From Paecilomyces variotii (lineage: Eukaryota), in NCBI GenBank assembly GCA_004022145.1, contig RCNU01000005.1: a DNA stretch of 64,000 nt, one strand, 5' to 3'. Both the position numbers and the translations under genes were made by a program. The notes below the pieces were generated by a model. The model was not told where the DNA came from and did no database searches. It worked only from the letters and a program-made list of their open reading frames with translations. Shown here piece by piece: positions 1 through 14,173 of this stretch (position 1 is the first letter of the stretch; every line of letters starts with the position of its first letter).

Positions 1-3000
1 AGTTGGAAACATCGGGTGGCTGATGACGGAATTCCCCCCAACGGGTCGAATAGGATATAGATAGCCAAATAAAGGAAAAGAGCAAAGGTCTGCGAAGATT
101 CAGGAGAATAATAATTGTCATTTGACTGCAACTTAATGCAGAAAGTACCCCGGAAAATCACTGTCATGGTGTCTTCATCTGATTCGCGGGAACGTGGGAA
201 AAGACCATCCCCTGATCCGTCACGATCCCCTCGCCCGAAAAGGCCGGCCGGCGTTGCGGGGCGAATGTCGTTCTACCTTCTAAGAATCTAATTCTACAGA
301 GTACATAATTAAGTTCGAGACGGGCTCATTTCGAGTCAGAACTAATAATGCAAGTCGCTATCTAACTCATCCCGCATTTCATTTCTGTCTTTCTGGGCTG
401 GGCTGGGTCATCTGCGAGACTGCGACAGGAGCAGGTCTACGCACGATGACGCTGAGCACGGAGCAATAACGGAGTCGGTCCGGGGGGACCTGGGGAAGAA
501 GCCGTCGAACTTGTTCGGGTGGGATTGCTGGCTGGACATTTCATCTCATTTCATTTCGTTTCCTTGCTGGGCTTCTGGGATCGACGTCGAATCAGTTCCA
601 GAGGTGTATCTAGAATAGACGATATCCGATGCCATGGTTCATGAAAGCGACGACCTGACACGAGACCGTTGTCTCTCTTCGTGTCCGACTGTTGAGCATC
701 CCGATCGGAGAAATCCCCATCACGAGCAAGCAGCTCCCAAGTGGAGATGGCGGCCAGGTGGCCGAGCAGGGTTGTCTGATCTGGAAGGAGATCTTAAACC
801 AAACCGCCAAATAATAATAATAATATCGATCCCTATCTACGCCGAAATCCTGCTATGTAGTACGTACCATACCATACGAAACTGTTCCGGGGGATGATGA
901 GGTCATTCTCGCATGCTAGCAGGATGACTAGAGAGAGAAAGGAGAGAGAAAAGCCCATCCTACTACCCCAGGTTTGCCATGAATCCAGCCCCTCCCCCGC
1001 TTCATCCCGCAATGAAGGCCGATGGATCATGGGAGGCGGAGGATGACGCCAAGTTGGGCAAGGTCGGGCGACATGACCTCCAGCCAGGGTTGAGCCCACT
1101 ACTGCTCGATCAGGAAGAGAAGAAAAAAAAGCTTCACCAGATGGTACGGGCCTCGAACTCGGCCGTCGTCAAGGAACGATCGGCGGCGTAAGACTAGTAC
1201 CAATAATACATACGACATACATAACAGGTGGCCTGCCCGTGGGGTTCGACTTCTCCGTATGGGGTAGCCCCGTGCCCCCTTCTAAATTCTCCTTCCAACT
1301 GGAGCATCGGGTGCTCCAGGCGGTCCATTTTCTTCTTCTTCTTCCTGGAATATTGTTGCTTTTCACATCCACGGGATCCAGGCTGCGAGGACAAATAAGA
1401 AGAGGAAAACCCGGGACGAGATGATAGTTAACCAGTACCACTGACTCGTATCCAGCCTGTCGGGCACCTGGGGTTGGGTTCCTTGCCACGATCCCCAAGA
1501 TTCTCCTCCACGGATGCATCACAACGCGATCCTTTCTGCTGCCTGCTGGTGTCGAATAAGGGCCGCTTCCAGACTGCAAATGTAGAGTAGTAATAACTAG
1601 GCGCAGTGTCTGGAATGCGGTCCCGCAGCAGCTCCTTTTGGCGCAGGTCACGGGGGAGGGAAACACGAGGAAATCTGAGACCGATTTCCACGGTGGACTG
1701 GGCTAGAAGAATATGTGATACTCTACTACTCCGTACTCTAGAATCTACAGTACGGAGTAACTTCGAGTAGAGTAATTAATTAATCCAGACTAGATAATAA
1801 TCCTACCTACGCTACGGACAGATCCCCCAGGAGGCCCGCTAGACTCGATGAGAGACTAGCAGTAGTGTATACCAGTCGTCATAAGCAGTAATTCATCCCA
1901 TTACCCCCTGTGGAGCCCAAGCGTGTGTTCGGGATACGGCATGGCAAGGGCGATCTTCAGTTGGAATTGTTGCAGGGCCGATGACAGCATGCGCATCCCT
2001 ACCATACTCCTTCGTCCTCCCCGATCTTCACACACCCACGCACATGCTTGCAGACCGACGATGGGTCCCCAAATTAATGGACATGGGACGCCACACCACC
2101 AAGGAACGCTTCGTGGCGGCGATGGATGACGATGGATGGATGACGCTGATGACAGATTTCATTCAGTATTCTCCTGAGGAATAATAATAATACCATCATA
2201 ATAACAATCATAATCACCAAATCCCAGTTGGCTACTTTTGTGCTATTTTTTTGCCTCTTGAGAAATGCCCCATTAGTAATTAATGCGGCCAGCAGGACAC
2301 CATCCACAGTTGCATCCCATCCCATCACCTCCACATCCACATCCACATCCACCGCCAGGAGAAAGACCGCAAGGTCCGCTGGCGTCCCACGGAAACATCC
2401 TGAAGCGGTAATGTGCGGTAGTTGATCCCATGGATCGGACTGAATAAAAAAGGCCAATCAGAGCGAGCCGAGATGCCGCCGGGGGTGGTCGGCCGCCCAA
2501 CCTGCTGTGTACTGTCTACGTTGATTGGCTGGATGGCAGCGTCATCGGGCCGAGGTGCCATCTCAAACCACGCTCATTGGGCCGCTGTGAGGAAAATCGC
2601 TCTGGGGTGGGGACGCAGGCACTCCGCCCGGAAAGCCCACCGCCGAGCAGCCGGACTCTGCGCCTTAGTCGCTTTGCCTAACTCTGTCCAGCTGCTTTTC
2701 CCTCCCCACAGCCGCGTCGGTCTGGGGGAGGCAATTAATTAAGGAATTATTAGTTAGTTATTCTTCTGGTAGACTAGTTAGCTTAACTAACAACTATTCT
2801 TCTAAGTTCTGGCCATGTTCGTGCCTGCGAACCCCGGGGATGCCACAACCCAACGGTCCGTTTGAAATTAATACTTAAACATCCGTCCGGTTCCCCCGCT
2901 CCCTCCGGTCTTTTTCGTCCCTTGGACGAAAGATTCGCGATCTGACCCTCTCCGCTCTTCCAAACCCCAACTAACCTAAATAAAACTAAATACGTGTATT

Positions 3001-3143
3001 ATTCAAGGTCCGGGGCAATCAAGAATCCTGTCAACCATCCGCGCTTCCCGTCCCAAATCGCCTGCTGTGCGAATTGACTGAATTATTTCTATGCCACCGG
3101 CGGCGCGTGATCCCAGTCTTCTCTTTCAGAGTCAGAGTCCAGC

Positions 3144-6017
3144 ATGGCTACAGTAACAGAAACAGAATCGCAAACGAAGCGCAAGGCCTCCACGGCCGGC
3201 CTATCGGGAGCTCCCCGTCCCGTGAAGAGACGAGCGTCCAAGGCGTGCTGCTGCTGTCGTGCCAGAAAGGTCCGCTGTGACGTGGTCGAGAATGGCTCGC
3301 CCTGCACGAATTGTCGGTTGGACCAGGTTGAGTGCGTCGTGACGGAAAGCAAAAGGAGAAAGTTAGTGTTCACCGCAAGAAAAAAAAAAAATACAGAAAA
3401 GAAACATGGATTCGAGCAACGCCTCGTGGGAGCACGAAGCTGACTGTTGGCCTTTTCGCCATTGTATCAGGAAGTCGCGTGGTGACACGGAAACAAACAT
3501 CAACAGCCATCAAGCTTCAGATTCACCCGCGGATACGTCGGAAGATAACAGTGTATTCCGCAAGAGAATGCTTAGCCATGACCCGTTGTCGGAGATTTCT
3601 GCAGTGTCTCCCTCGCAGGCGTCGATCGACCTGGAGCAAGGACAGCAGCATATGCCGCACCTTCTCTGTTCGTATTCACTGTTTATCACTTGCTGGTCAT
3701 CTCATCTGCTGACGGACGTCTGCAGATCAAACGCAAGCCCACAGGATCAATCCAGATGAGCAACGACGGAGGAGAATGGCGCAGAACCAGAACCCCGCGG
3801 GTCCTTCCCCGGTTCCGCTGTCGAATGTAGCGTCCTCGATTCAGCACCTCTTCGACCCGTCCTTTGGCAGCGCGAAACCGGCACGCGGTTTCCTGCCAGA
3901 CTACATTCGCGGTCTGCCACAGCGTCTGATGTCGGAGGATATCGACTATCTGGCGGCCAAGGGGGCACTGACAATCCCGGAGTTGGAGCTGCGAAACGAG
4001 CTGCTCAAGAGCTATATTCACTACGTGCATGCGTACATGCCTCTTTTGGATCTGGAAGAGTTCTTGCACATCATTGCAAGGAATGATGGCATCCACCGCA
4101 TGAGTCTGCTCCTGTTCCAGGCAGTCATGTTCGCGGGCACAGCCTTTATCGATCTGAAGCATCTACAGGCAGCGGGCTTCCAAACTCGCAAGGCGGCGCG
4201 TAAAGTATTCTTCCAGCGCGCCAGGGTACGTAGGACCTCGTGTAGACCATGTACATGAAACGAGATAGCTGACCCGTGCCTTTCAGCTGCTGTATGACTT
4301 TGACTACGAAGTGGATCGTATCTCGCTCGTACAGTCCCTGCTTCTGATGACTTACTGGTATGAGACCCCCGATGACCAGAAGGATACCTGGCACTGGATG
4401 GGTGTCAGCCTGTCGCTCGCCCACACCATTGGTCTGCACCGTGATCCTGGGAACTCCGGTATGGACGTGAGGCGCCAGCGACTGTGGAAGCGCATCTGGT
4501 GGAGCACCTACACCCGCGACAGACTGATAGCTCTCGGCATGCGACGACCCATGCGGATCAAGGACGACGACTGCGATGTGCCCATGTTGACCCTGGACGA
4601 CTTTGAATTCAAGACGTTCCCGCCGGAGATTGTGAGCATGGTCGGCAACTGCGAGCTTCTCCGCAGCGTTCACCACCAGAGAGAGCTTGGCTTGATGTTC
4701 ATTGAAAAAGCGAAGCTCTGCCTTTGCGTGAGTCACGTTCTTTCTGCGCAGTATTCCGTGCTAAGTCATAAGTTTGGTGGTACGACGGAGACAACCATGA
4801 TGCTAGTGCCCAAAAAGTCGGCTGCAGAAACATTCGAGGTCCGGCGCTGTGATCAGGAGCTGGAGGACTGGCAAAGCCATCTGCCCCCCGGGATCCAGTA
4901 TACGCCAGCAGCCACATCGAAGCTGACGGAGACGGAGGCGGTCCTCCATTTGCATCGCGCCCTGCTGAAGATGGTGTACCTCACCACCTCCAGTGCGCTG
5001 CATCGCCCTCAGGTCCTTCCCGCATCGCCGTTCCCCACCGTCGAAGCCGAACTGCAGGGTCTGTCCCGCAACAAAGTGCGACGTGCCGCCATCGAGATCA
5101 CCCACATCGCACAGGATCTGCACCGACTGGACCTGACTCGGTTTCTTCCGACGACCGGAGTGACGGTGCTCCTTCCTGCAGTCATCATCCACCTGCTCGA
5201 CATCAAGTCCAATGACCCCGGCGTGCGGATGACCAGCCTGCAGCGATTCTACCAGTGCATGCGGATCCTGCAGCGATTGAGGGAGATCTACGCATCTGCG
5301 GATTTCGCCACCTCGTTCTTGGAAGCCGCCATCCGCAAGGCCGGTATCCAGCTGACGGTACCGCCGCCGCCGCCTCAGGAGATGAGACCCCGGCAGCAGC
5401 CGTCTGCTTTCAGCGCATCCAGCCGGCTGAACACATTGACCCCGCCGCCTGACTCCCTTGCGCAGAAGATCCCTGACCTGACGTACCCTACGTTCCCTGA
5501 GTCCGCTCCGCAGGCGTTCCAGAATCCGGACGATGGCATGTTGTTCGCCTCTACGCCGCCTCACTCCGTTGGCAGCGAGAACGGCAGCAACAAGAACCTC
5601 AACCCCAATGTCGCGCACGAAGCGTCCAACGGCCACTTCCACTCGAACATGACAATGAGCGAGTTCATGGACCTGGCCAACGACGCGGAGGTGACGCAGA
5701 ACGACTTTGATGCGCTGATCAACTTTGACGATGCTGGCGCAGACTTGTTTGCTGCCGAGGACGGCCTAGGGCTGGATGGCACGATGAACGGCAGCGCGGG
5801 TCAGAACGAGCAGCTGAATTTCGGCCTGGATTTCAGTATCCCCCCCAACGTGATGAATTTTGACGACAACCAAAACAAAGGCATGAATTTTGGATTGGGC
5901 GCTTCTCAGCTTAATGGTGACCGCAGTGCCGCCGACAAGACCGCGGATGGCCCGACCAAGGACCACGGCATCCCCACAGATCTGGACGTTGCCATTGGGC
6001 TGGACCTGGAGTCCTAA
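3144..6017 (+). CDS. farB: Zn(II)2Cys6 transcription factor, FarB / cutinase transcription factor 1-beta type
   Basis: Zinc cluster RASKACCCCRARKVRCDVVENGSPCTNCRLDQVEC; fungal TF middle homology region (QSLLLMTYWYETPDDQKDTWHWMG, RLWKRIWW). Four exons joined in frame by GT..AG introns with CTRAC branch sites: 3144-3361, 3471-3667, 3726-4225, 4287-6017. Confidence 0.9.
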
Positions 6018-6611
6018 GTGCCATGTTATATATGAAGCGTTTTAATTGGGCGATTTTATTTTTCCTTTGTTTAAGATATCCATTCTGGATGTGTATTATG
6101 ATTCCTTGAATATGTGTTTATATTATTACGGGACCCTGGGCGTCCTCCTCATGACCGCGATTGGATGTTTTCTGACCTTACTATTTGGGCGGGGAAGGCT
6201 GGCAAGGCGTTCTTACGGTCTGGCGAAATCTGACGTGGATTTGGATGAGTTGACTGGCAATGCTCCTGATCGATAGAGCAGGGAGATCAAAAAAATATGT
6301 ACCTAGGAACGACAATCTAGCACAAAATGGTGATCAACCTTGTCGAGTAAACGCTCCACCCGTAGACGGCGCGGGAATACATCTCCAGGAAGATGGACTT
6401 TGGGAGACCAAGAGCGTCTGACAACGCACTCAGCACTTTCAGCTCGATTTGACAGAACTGCAGATAGATCGATCAGGCCCGGAAACTAGAAAAATGTCGT
6501 CGACGAGCGCATCAGTTTAATCTTCGAGAGGTAACTAACTCGAAGAATCGACGGGGATGATTAGATAGCAACTAAGCTCTTCCTACAACCGGTTCAGATA
6601 TATCTGCTTAC

Positions 6612-6784
6612 CATGCTACTGTAAACACTTCATCAATGGGATCCTCTGAGATGCCATGGTTCGTTATGTTGAGTTGGCCACTCTATTTGTCTTGAGGGTT
6701 TCCAAAAGCAGCCTGCACAACTCAATGCTCTCTCCTTATGGCTGCCTGAAAGAAGAGAAAGGTTCAGGACTTTCCAGTCGTCAT
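6612..6784 (-). pseudogene. Possible frameshifted relic of the first exon of a 2OG-Fe(II) dioxygenase (DIOX_N-like)
   Basis: Across frameshifts the minus strand reads VLNLSLLSGSHKER / IELCRLLLETLKTNRVA / NITNHGISEDPIDEVF, followed by a GTAAG donor. NHGI is typical of DIOX_N. No downstream exons recognised. Confidence 0.4.
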
Positions 6785-9436
6785 GGTGGAAAATTGCCTT
6801 TGGAGGGGTTCAAATAAATAAGAACCGATGAGTGAAGAATTGTAATGCCGTTAATAAGTACGCTGCTGAAAAGCAGTTAACTGTATGCGACTTGCAATTT
6901 CCATTTGGCTCTCCATCTCGCCTCTCTCGTCTCTCTCGTCTCTCCATCTCTCTCTTGTCTAGTCTCTGTTCTCTTTCTTGTTCGATGCCATCTGCTAACA
7001 GCCCTTGTGCTGTGACTACTCCATAACTGCTGGCGGTGTGTATGTACTTAGTTGTGAGCAACCTTCTACGAATGTAGAGGGACTGAAATCAAAGAGGCAT
7101 TGAAACCTGTTACCTAGTTAATAGACTCGTTAAATAATATGTAATTAAACCTTTTCCTCAATTCCCAATAATATATTTCTATTTCCCCGTGAGCTTTTTT
7201 ATCTTGGGTATCAAAGCTTTACCATCGAAGTATGTACTTATATCATCAATATTGTCCATATTGGTGAAGGTTCCGGCACGAAGTTTATAATTCTCCTTTC
7301 CTTGGAAGGTTATGGGGTTGTATATGATGAAATGTATGTTATGTTATGTCTTAACTACATCTTTTTGCATCTGTACACCTGGCTACGTATATTCGACGAG
7401 AGCACATAGTTACCTTATGTTTTTTCATGACTAAGTACAGGTACGATGCTAAGAATAATAATAAATACCTAACCAACAAACTACAACCCCAATAACGACT
7501 CCAACAGATATAATACCAATAGAGTACCTATCCAATTTAGAATCCTCAAGAAAAAAAAAATAACCCAGAAGGCCAAAAAGAAACAAATTCGCCTGAACCC
7601 GCTCCGCGCTCTCCGCCCGGGCCGGGACGGAGGAGCTCCCGATGGTCGTGTGTCTTCCCCGCTTACTCAGAATAGTACTCCACAAGTTACACAAGAATCA
7701 GTTCCGAGATCCGATATTCAGTGATTGGATACTCCGTATTACGCGTATTCCAATCTTCCGAACTCCGGAGTTTAAGTTTAGTTATGATTAATTGGTTAGA
7801 TATGGATAATTTTTTCTAGATACATATTATTATTATTACTGCTAGATTATACATACCTTGTCCCTTGTTCCTTGTCCCTAGGTAAGCTGTCCCTTATTTA
7901 TCCCTGAGGGTAACTATAACGTTACTACTTACTATTATTAATGATCTCCCGTATAAGTTTCTAGTTTCAGTAATGCTGGCAGTGAGTGATTAATTACTAA
8001 CTGCTACCTAGGTAAGTACTATAGTAACTAACTAACTAGCGGTGCTACTCACCCACGAGGTCTTTATCTCAGCCATCGAAGCAAATTTCAGATAGAGTAA
8101 AAGGATTGTCACCAAGAAAAGAAAAAGAAAACATAGATTAAAGTATTCTAGTAGTAGTAGTAGTAATGAATAATATAATAGTCTTAATATTAAGGGAGCA
8201 AAGGCGGTATTAAAACCGAAGTAGAAGCAAGTATAAATTCTATTATATTATTCTAAATGGGCAGGCAGATGCAGTAAGTTAAACTACTTATCTAGGTACT
8301 ACTCTGGAGTAACTAAAAGTCCACTTTAATCCCACTTGTACTAATTATACAAGCTATGATTTGTATGTGCTTCAAGATAAAAAGTACATATGTCAACGTG
8401 GAACCAACTAGGTACCTAGAGTACATATGTACTTATGTATACTACAGAAGTTGGAACAAAACCCGGTAGATTAACACTCGAGCCCTAAAACCAGCCGATC
8501 CTACATGTTAAAACCTATCAAAAACAACACTACTCCAGACGTGAATCCACGCAAACCCCGAAGCGGCGATTTGCATTAGCAGTAGTTAATACTCCGTAGT
8601 CTAGATAGTTAGTGTAGTAGTGCAGTGGAGATTCTGTCTCGTTGACAGTTGGCCTCAGGCACAGCCGTCGCAGCCGTAAAGGCCAGCATGCTGATTGGAC
8701 GGGCGTCGGGTGCGCGGCCCGATGAACTTTGCGGACAGACGAGATTCGCCTGCTGTGATTGGATAGATGCATCGCGGAGAGTACTGCTGAATGTGGATAG
8801 AGAGGGATCCACGACGGGAATTCCCCAGCAGATAGATAGATAGATAGATGAGAAAGAAAGAAACTAGACCGACTGAATAATGGCGGGGTCGACGGCAAGT
8901 GTCATTGTGCTAAGAAGCACTGTGTGACAGCTTCATAGTAAACAGGTCGTATCATTCAGGAGTCCAGATGATGAGTTAGTTACCTACTTAGCTTAGATAG
9001 CGTATACAAAATCTTAGGCTTTCTTGCTACTTCTCCTCTCTTCTACCTAACTTATTAGTCCAAGATACAGTATACTAAATAATAAATAATTAAACCAGAA
9101 AAAAATCCCAATATACTAAAGTCGCCTACGGACATTGGTAAGGTGTACTTATACCTTTGCTCAACATAAACTAACTATAATATAAGGCCCCTTAAGATGT
9201 GCATTAGATAATAGATATGGTGAAGAGAAAGAAGTAAAGTAGAGTTTGCACTAGGTACCTACTAAGCGGGTGCTAACTATGTAAAAATTACAAAGCTGCA
9301 AGCAAATGGAAATTGGAAGGGGACAAGGAAATAGAAAGATTGAGATTGTAAGAGCGAGATTGCAAGAGTGAGATCAACAGGTTCGTTTTTGCTGTCGCCC
9401 TCAGACAGTGACAGAGATATCGAAGCGGATACTAGA

Positions 9437-10985
9437 CTATCCGCTCGGCTTCCGACCATAGACGACGTAGCTACAGCTCTTGTCAGTCAAATCAATTCCA
9501 GTTCGAATTATTGAACGTACATACAAATCGAGGAGTCCATGAATATTACGGTTTTTCGTATCATTTTTTGCTTTGGCCACCAGAGCGCTCACTTCTTCCT
9601 TGGACCATTTTTCCTCTCTCGTTAATACCGCCATAGCAGTGGCTTCATACCCAGTTTCAGATTGTAATAAGTTCCAGATGCCTAGATATTTCTTTTTTCG
9701 TAGGCGAGCGAGCATTAGCAGGAAAAAAAAAACATAGATGAAGCTAATATCAAGGGACTATACTTACCAGACGTTTGTCCTTCGGCCATGCACCTACAGG
9801 AATGACGAACTTTTGGACCTCAATATCGCGAAACCCAGCTGCTTGAAGCCATCGTTCGTATTTTGGTCCCGGACTGGGATCCTTTCCTGTTTTCTCCATC
9901 GCCGGGATAATTGCATCGAAGTACTGTTTCATGGATGTTCCTTCAATCGAACCGTCTTGTGAGTATAAATTACCATCCCAGTCTTGAAATTCAACCCATC
10001 CTCCTGGAGCAAGGTTGCTGTGGAATTCCAATTAGTTGCCATAATACCAACAGCAGAGGGAGTAATGATTCGTCTTACTCATAGCATTGATTGATCAATC
10101 CCTGAAAATTGTTGACAGAGAATGCAAGATAACGACCGTGGATAAAGTCAAATCTGCAGTCTCCATACGCCCATTCGGCTTCGTAATCATCAATAATGAA
10201 CTTGACGTTCGGGGGGGCACTATCTGTATTATTAGCTGACTAGAATAGATAGATGACTTGACGCTTCTTTCAAAAGGACACTTTTCTCACTAACTAGCTT
10301 GGTTGAATCCGGCTTAAATCATTCCCCGTGACCTAGAACCCGTTCAGTAAGTATACTGTTACTTTATGCTCTAGGCAACAAATTACTTCTGCTGAAGGGA
10401 ACTGATCGGCTGCAAGTGAACGATGTTAGTCAGTGACATATAGACACGACTCTATTTTCGCGAATGCTCACCAAAGTCCAAAGCCCATATTCCGCTGCCA
10501 GCTCCCAGGTCTAGAACCCGACGTGGCGAATCACTTAGCGGCGCCAGGAATAATTCCCGATCCATCATCGTCAAAAACATCTCGTGCATGATGTCGAGCC
10601 TTTCCTTTTCGTCTTCGTCGTTCGGCATCATGTATCCTCTTCTGTGTCAATAGAATGCCCCTCCGCAGCACGAAAACACTTACGTCCGGTTCGATATGCG
10701 TGATAACGTCTGCCATTCTCGTTGGGATAATCAAGGGCTGAGGATATGACTGATGTAGTTAAAGAATCCCTATAACAGAGGTTAGCGCTCTGGATACTCA
10801 GCAGAACCTATGAGACTAACAACTCGTCTCCGTAGGTAGAGTCATCCTCTGTCGCCTGGCATGAAGGTGTCAGATTTTGTATCCAGCAAGTACTAGGGAA
10901 CCCCCCGAGTCACACGAACCAACGTATCGACTTCCACGGCTGTGGCTATCAAGTCTGGAGGGCCAGCGCTGGGAGAGGAGGTCAT
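9437..10985 (-). CDS. LaeA-like class I SAM-dependent methyltransferase (multi-exon)
   Basis: Spliced by eye: MTSSPSAG...[115 protein letters not shown]. Canonical GT..AG introns; frame appears intact. Confidence 0.9.
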
Positions 10986-11899
10986 ATTCACTGCTCCACG
11001 TGGAGGACGTGGCACTCGACGGAGTCACTATGAAGTATGAATAGATTAGATGTTGAATAAAATGTGGTAGAGTGGGGTCTAGGAGCCTCGGGGACCAGGT
11101 CTGAAGGTAGAGTAAGGAAGGGAGACGACTTTTGGAAGTTGACCTGTAACCCCGAATTAAACACTCACATGACACATTGTAGACAAAGAAAGAGCATCTG
11201 CATACCTACACAATGGAATGCAGAGGCAATGACAGGGTATGCGGAAGTTGGCTTGGAATTCTGTGTGTACGCTTCCCCACAAAAGAACAGACAACATGTG
11301 CGGCACAGTTAATCCTATGCATTAGTGCATGAAGGATGGTCACATCGGACACATACTAAAATTGTAAAGAGAAGAGAAAGTACTGTTGCCAGCACCATAT
11401 CTAGAGCCCATTCTTCCCACAGATAGTTCGGTGGACCATCTACGTACTGCGACCCCGAGAAGAAGCTGTGCGCCCCCTATTCGACCGAGCCGGGGGTTCG
11501 CGACCGGCTTGTACGACAGATCCGAGACCGTCGAGATAACCCCGGGACAGCGTAAGGATGGTGGAGGAAGCTCACAATATTTTAGACCAATGTTGGCATC
11601 GAGGTGCTGCTCAAAAATGTTGTAAGCAGTCATTATGGTCCTCCTAGAGCGACATGTAGAGAAGGGGTTGGATATTTCGGGTATAATGTATATGCGTGCA
11701 TTAAACATATGCCTTAGCCCAGTTTAATTCCTGGCACCTTAGTCAGGTTGAGAATCACAACGGCCTCTATCACAGCCGTAGTGAGCACTTATACAACTTC
11801 ACCAGTGGATGTGAGGACAGCCCCGAGACGAGTAGTTATCCCCAGGTATTACCTAACCCAGCACAAAGAATCCACGTCTGCTGGAAATCTCGCAAGTGA

Positions 11900-12830
11900 T
11901 CCATTTATGTCTGGAAGAGGGGTCATCTTCTTAATAACCTTTCCTGGAGAGTCCACGGCCATAGAAAAAGCTGGAATATCCTTCGTGACAACAGAACCGG
12001 CTCCGATGGTACAGTTACCGACGGTAACACCGACCAGAATTACAGCATCTCCACCAATCTAGCAGTTGGCGCCTATTGTGACTTCGCGAGCATATTCGAT
12101 GTAGTCTCGATGTGACTGTACTTCTTTCTTATGTGTGGCAGCGTAGATGCTCACGGACGGTCTGAACATCAGTGACCAATTGTCACAGGACCACAGTCGA
12201 GGATAATAGACTGCGTTTCAAAGACTTAGGAAATAGAGCCATTAAACATATTCTATTCAAGATTTTTATTGCAGGTGAGCATGCGCGTGAGACTGCTCAG
12301 GTGCTGCTCTAGCGAGGAGCTTAAATCTATAATAGTTAGTAGATCGAGCAGTAGGTGACAAATCAAATACTTAAAGAGTTTGCATACAACTATCCTCGGC
12401 AGATGAATTACATCCGTGGTCTACGAATAGGGGCGTTTCGATAATAACGGTTATTTCCGACCTTTCCAAGCTCGTGGAAAGATCCTGGCCCGATCCTGAA
12501 CGAGGGACTCCGGCGTGGCATCATCGGGGAAAAGGTGGTTGTACTTGCGTGTACTTGCATCTATTCCCAGAAGTCAGAATGTGATGATCAGTGGACATGA
12601 TGAAGCATGTCAAAGTATGCGATGCTGTGTATATTCTCCGCTGATTCGCTGAAACAAACAACTCACAGGAGCAATTAAATGTCTCATATCATGGCGGTCA
12701 ACAGCTTCGTAGCCAAAGAGCCAGTTACAGCATATCAGAGATCATTTTCTCGTAATCCTCGCACCATGGGACATTCTCGAATTATTTTGCTGCCTCAATC
12801 AGAGCAGGGCTCTTCTCCGTGGCTGCTGTG
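11900..12830 (-). pseudogene. Maltose/galactoside O-acetyltransferase (hexapeptide-repeat) pseudogene
   Basis: Fragments AATEKSPALIEAAK*FENVPWCEDYEKMISDML, KYNHLFPDDATPESLVQDR, IETPLFVDHGCN, IILDCGPVTIG, PSVSIYAATH, EYAREVTIGANC*IGGDAVILVGVTVGNCTIGAGSVVTKDIP. In-frame stops at 12782-12784 and 12059-12061 (conserved Trp to TAG), several frameshifts, no start ATG found. Confidence 0.85.
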
Positions 12831-14173
12831 GCGTCTCTGAATGATGTGCTATTTCTGGAACAGTAGTGTACAAACGGATCAGTCAGCAATGCATCAACGA
12901 CTCCCTAACAAGTTAACTAACTACTCGAGAAGAGTAGTAGTAAGTCAAGAATAAACGATGCAAGAAATAACTACTTGGCAACCCCATATGTAATCCCGTG
13001 AGAGCGGATGCGTGCCGTTCATTGATTCATTTGGTAATTGTCTACGCGTCCGTTGAGGGAGAATTCGTTACTCACCCCAGACCCCTGAGTGATCTTGAAA
13101 CATTCCGTACTAAAGTCTGCGCACTCCCTGTAGTTAACAATCCGGTATATAATAAGCTGATGCCAAGCTTTGCTAGCTGGCGATCGATAGCTCCTTTTCC
13201 ACATATTGTGCAGATGATTTCCTTGATTGCGTGAGCGGTAATTGCTGCGGGGTTCTCTAAATCACAGTACTCCGTAGTAAGTACGGAGCAGAGATGTCGC
13301 ACGAGCGAGAAATAGCAAGGAGCGTTCGCCCTGTTTTATATCCAACGGCAGACTGACGCGTCCAAAGCACCCACTTTTTGTGCTGGGTTATTCTCTGACT
13401 CGACCATGGCGGATGAGGAAATTCTCACGATGGATTAAGGCATTTCGACCAAGTTATTTTTAGAGTACAACTAGATAAGATTAAGCCCATGCTGGAAAAA
13501 AGGACAGCACTTGTAGTTGTTATTGGTGTAGAATGGAGAGATTCGAAAAGACTACTGTAGATAGGAGATGCCAGATGGTCGCTGACCCGTGCACAGACCA
13601 ACCCTAAGCCCTGATTATTTCCCGACTCGGATTAGCGCAGTCCTAGTCGCGCACTAAAAAGCCGCTGGCCCATTGACTGCGTACTCTTGACAACGCCACG
13701 CCGCTCCGGGTCCACTTGACTGTTATAGTTCTTTTCTGGAACAATAAGTGTCACGATCTATGGGGCAAAGAGCTTCCTGCCAAGGGGACGGACGGGAGGA
13801 TCTTAGGTAGCTCCTGTCATCGAGAAATGAAATAGATCAGAGTGAGCCTGGCTGCTTCCCCTGATCTCATCGATGGCTACCCAAAGTGCGTGTTGACTGA
13901 ATTGATGGCCAAGAAATCTACTAACAACTCGATCCCTACAGCACCAGGTGAAAGACATAGTCCTCTCTCGTCGGCTGAAGATGCTCACAGCCGAATGGAG
14001 GCTTTCACTGGGATATTGGATAGGGACAACAACAACATTGGACTCTCATTTCGAAATCTCACTCTCCAAACGAACCTTTAATCGACGACTACAATCGCCA
14101 TAATCGTCACGGCCGCTTTCCTGAGCCATCTCCGCTGATTCCCAGGAAGGGGCCATGATTGCTCCTTCCCAAC

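Noticed and set aside
7911..7921. TAACTATAACG, first 11 nt of the I-CeuI/LSU rRNA site
   Set aside because: No flanking rRNA similarity; a chance match in AT-rich DNA.
10294..10296. Apparent in-frame TAG in the methyltransferase
   Set aside because: It spans the splice donor (TA|GTTAGT); splicing gives TAT (Tyr), so the gene is not a pseudogene.
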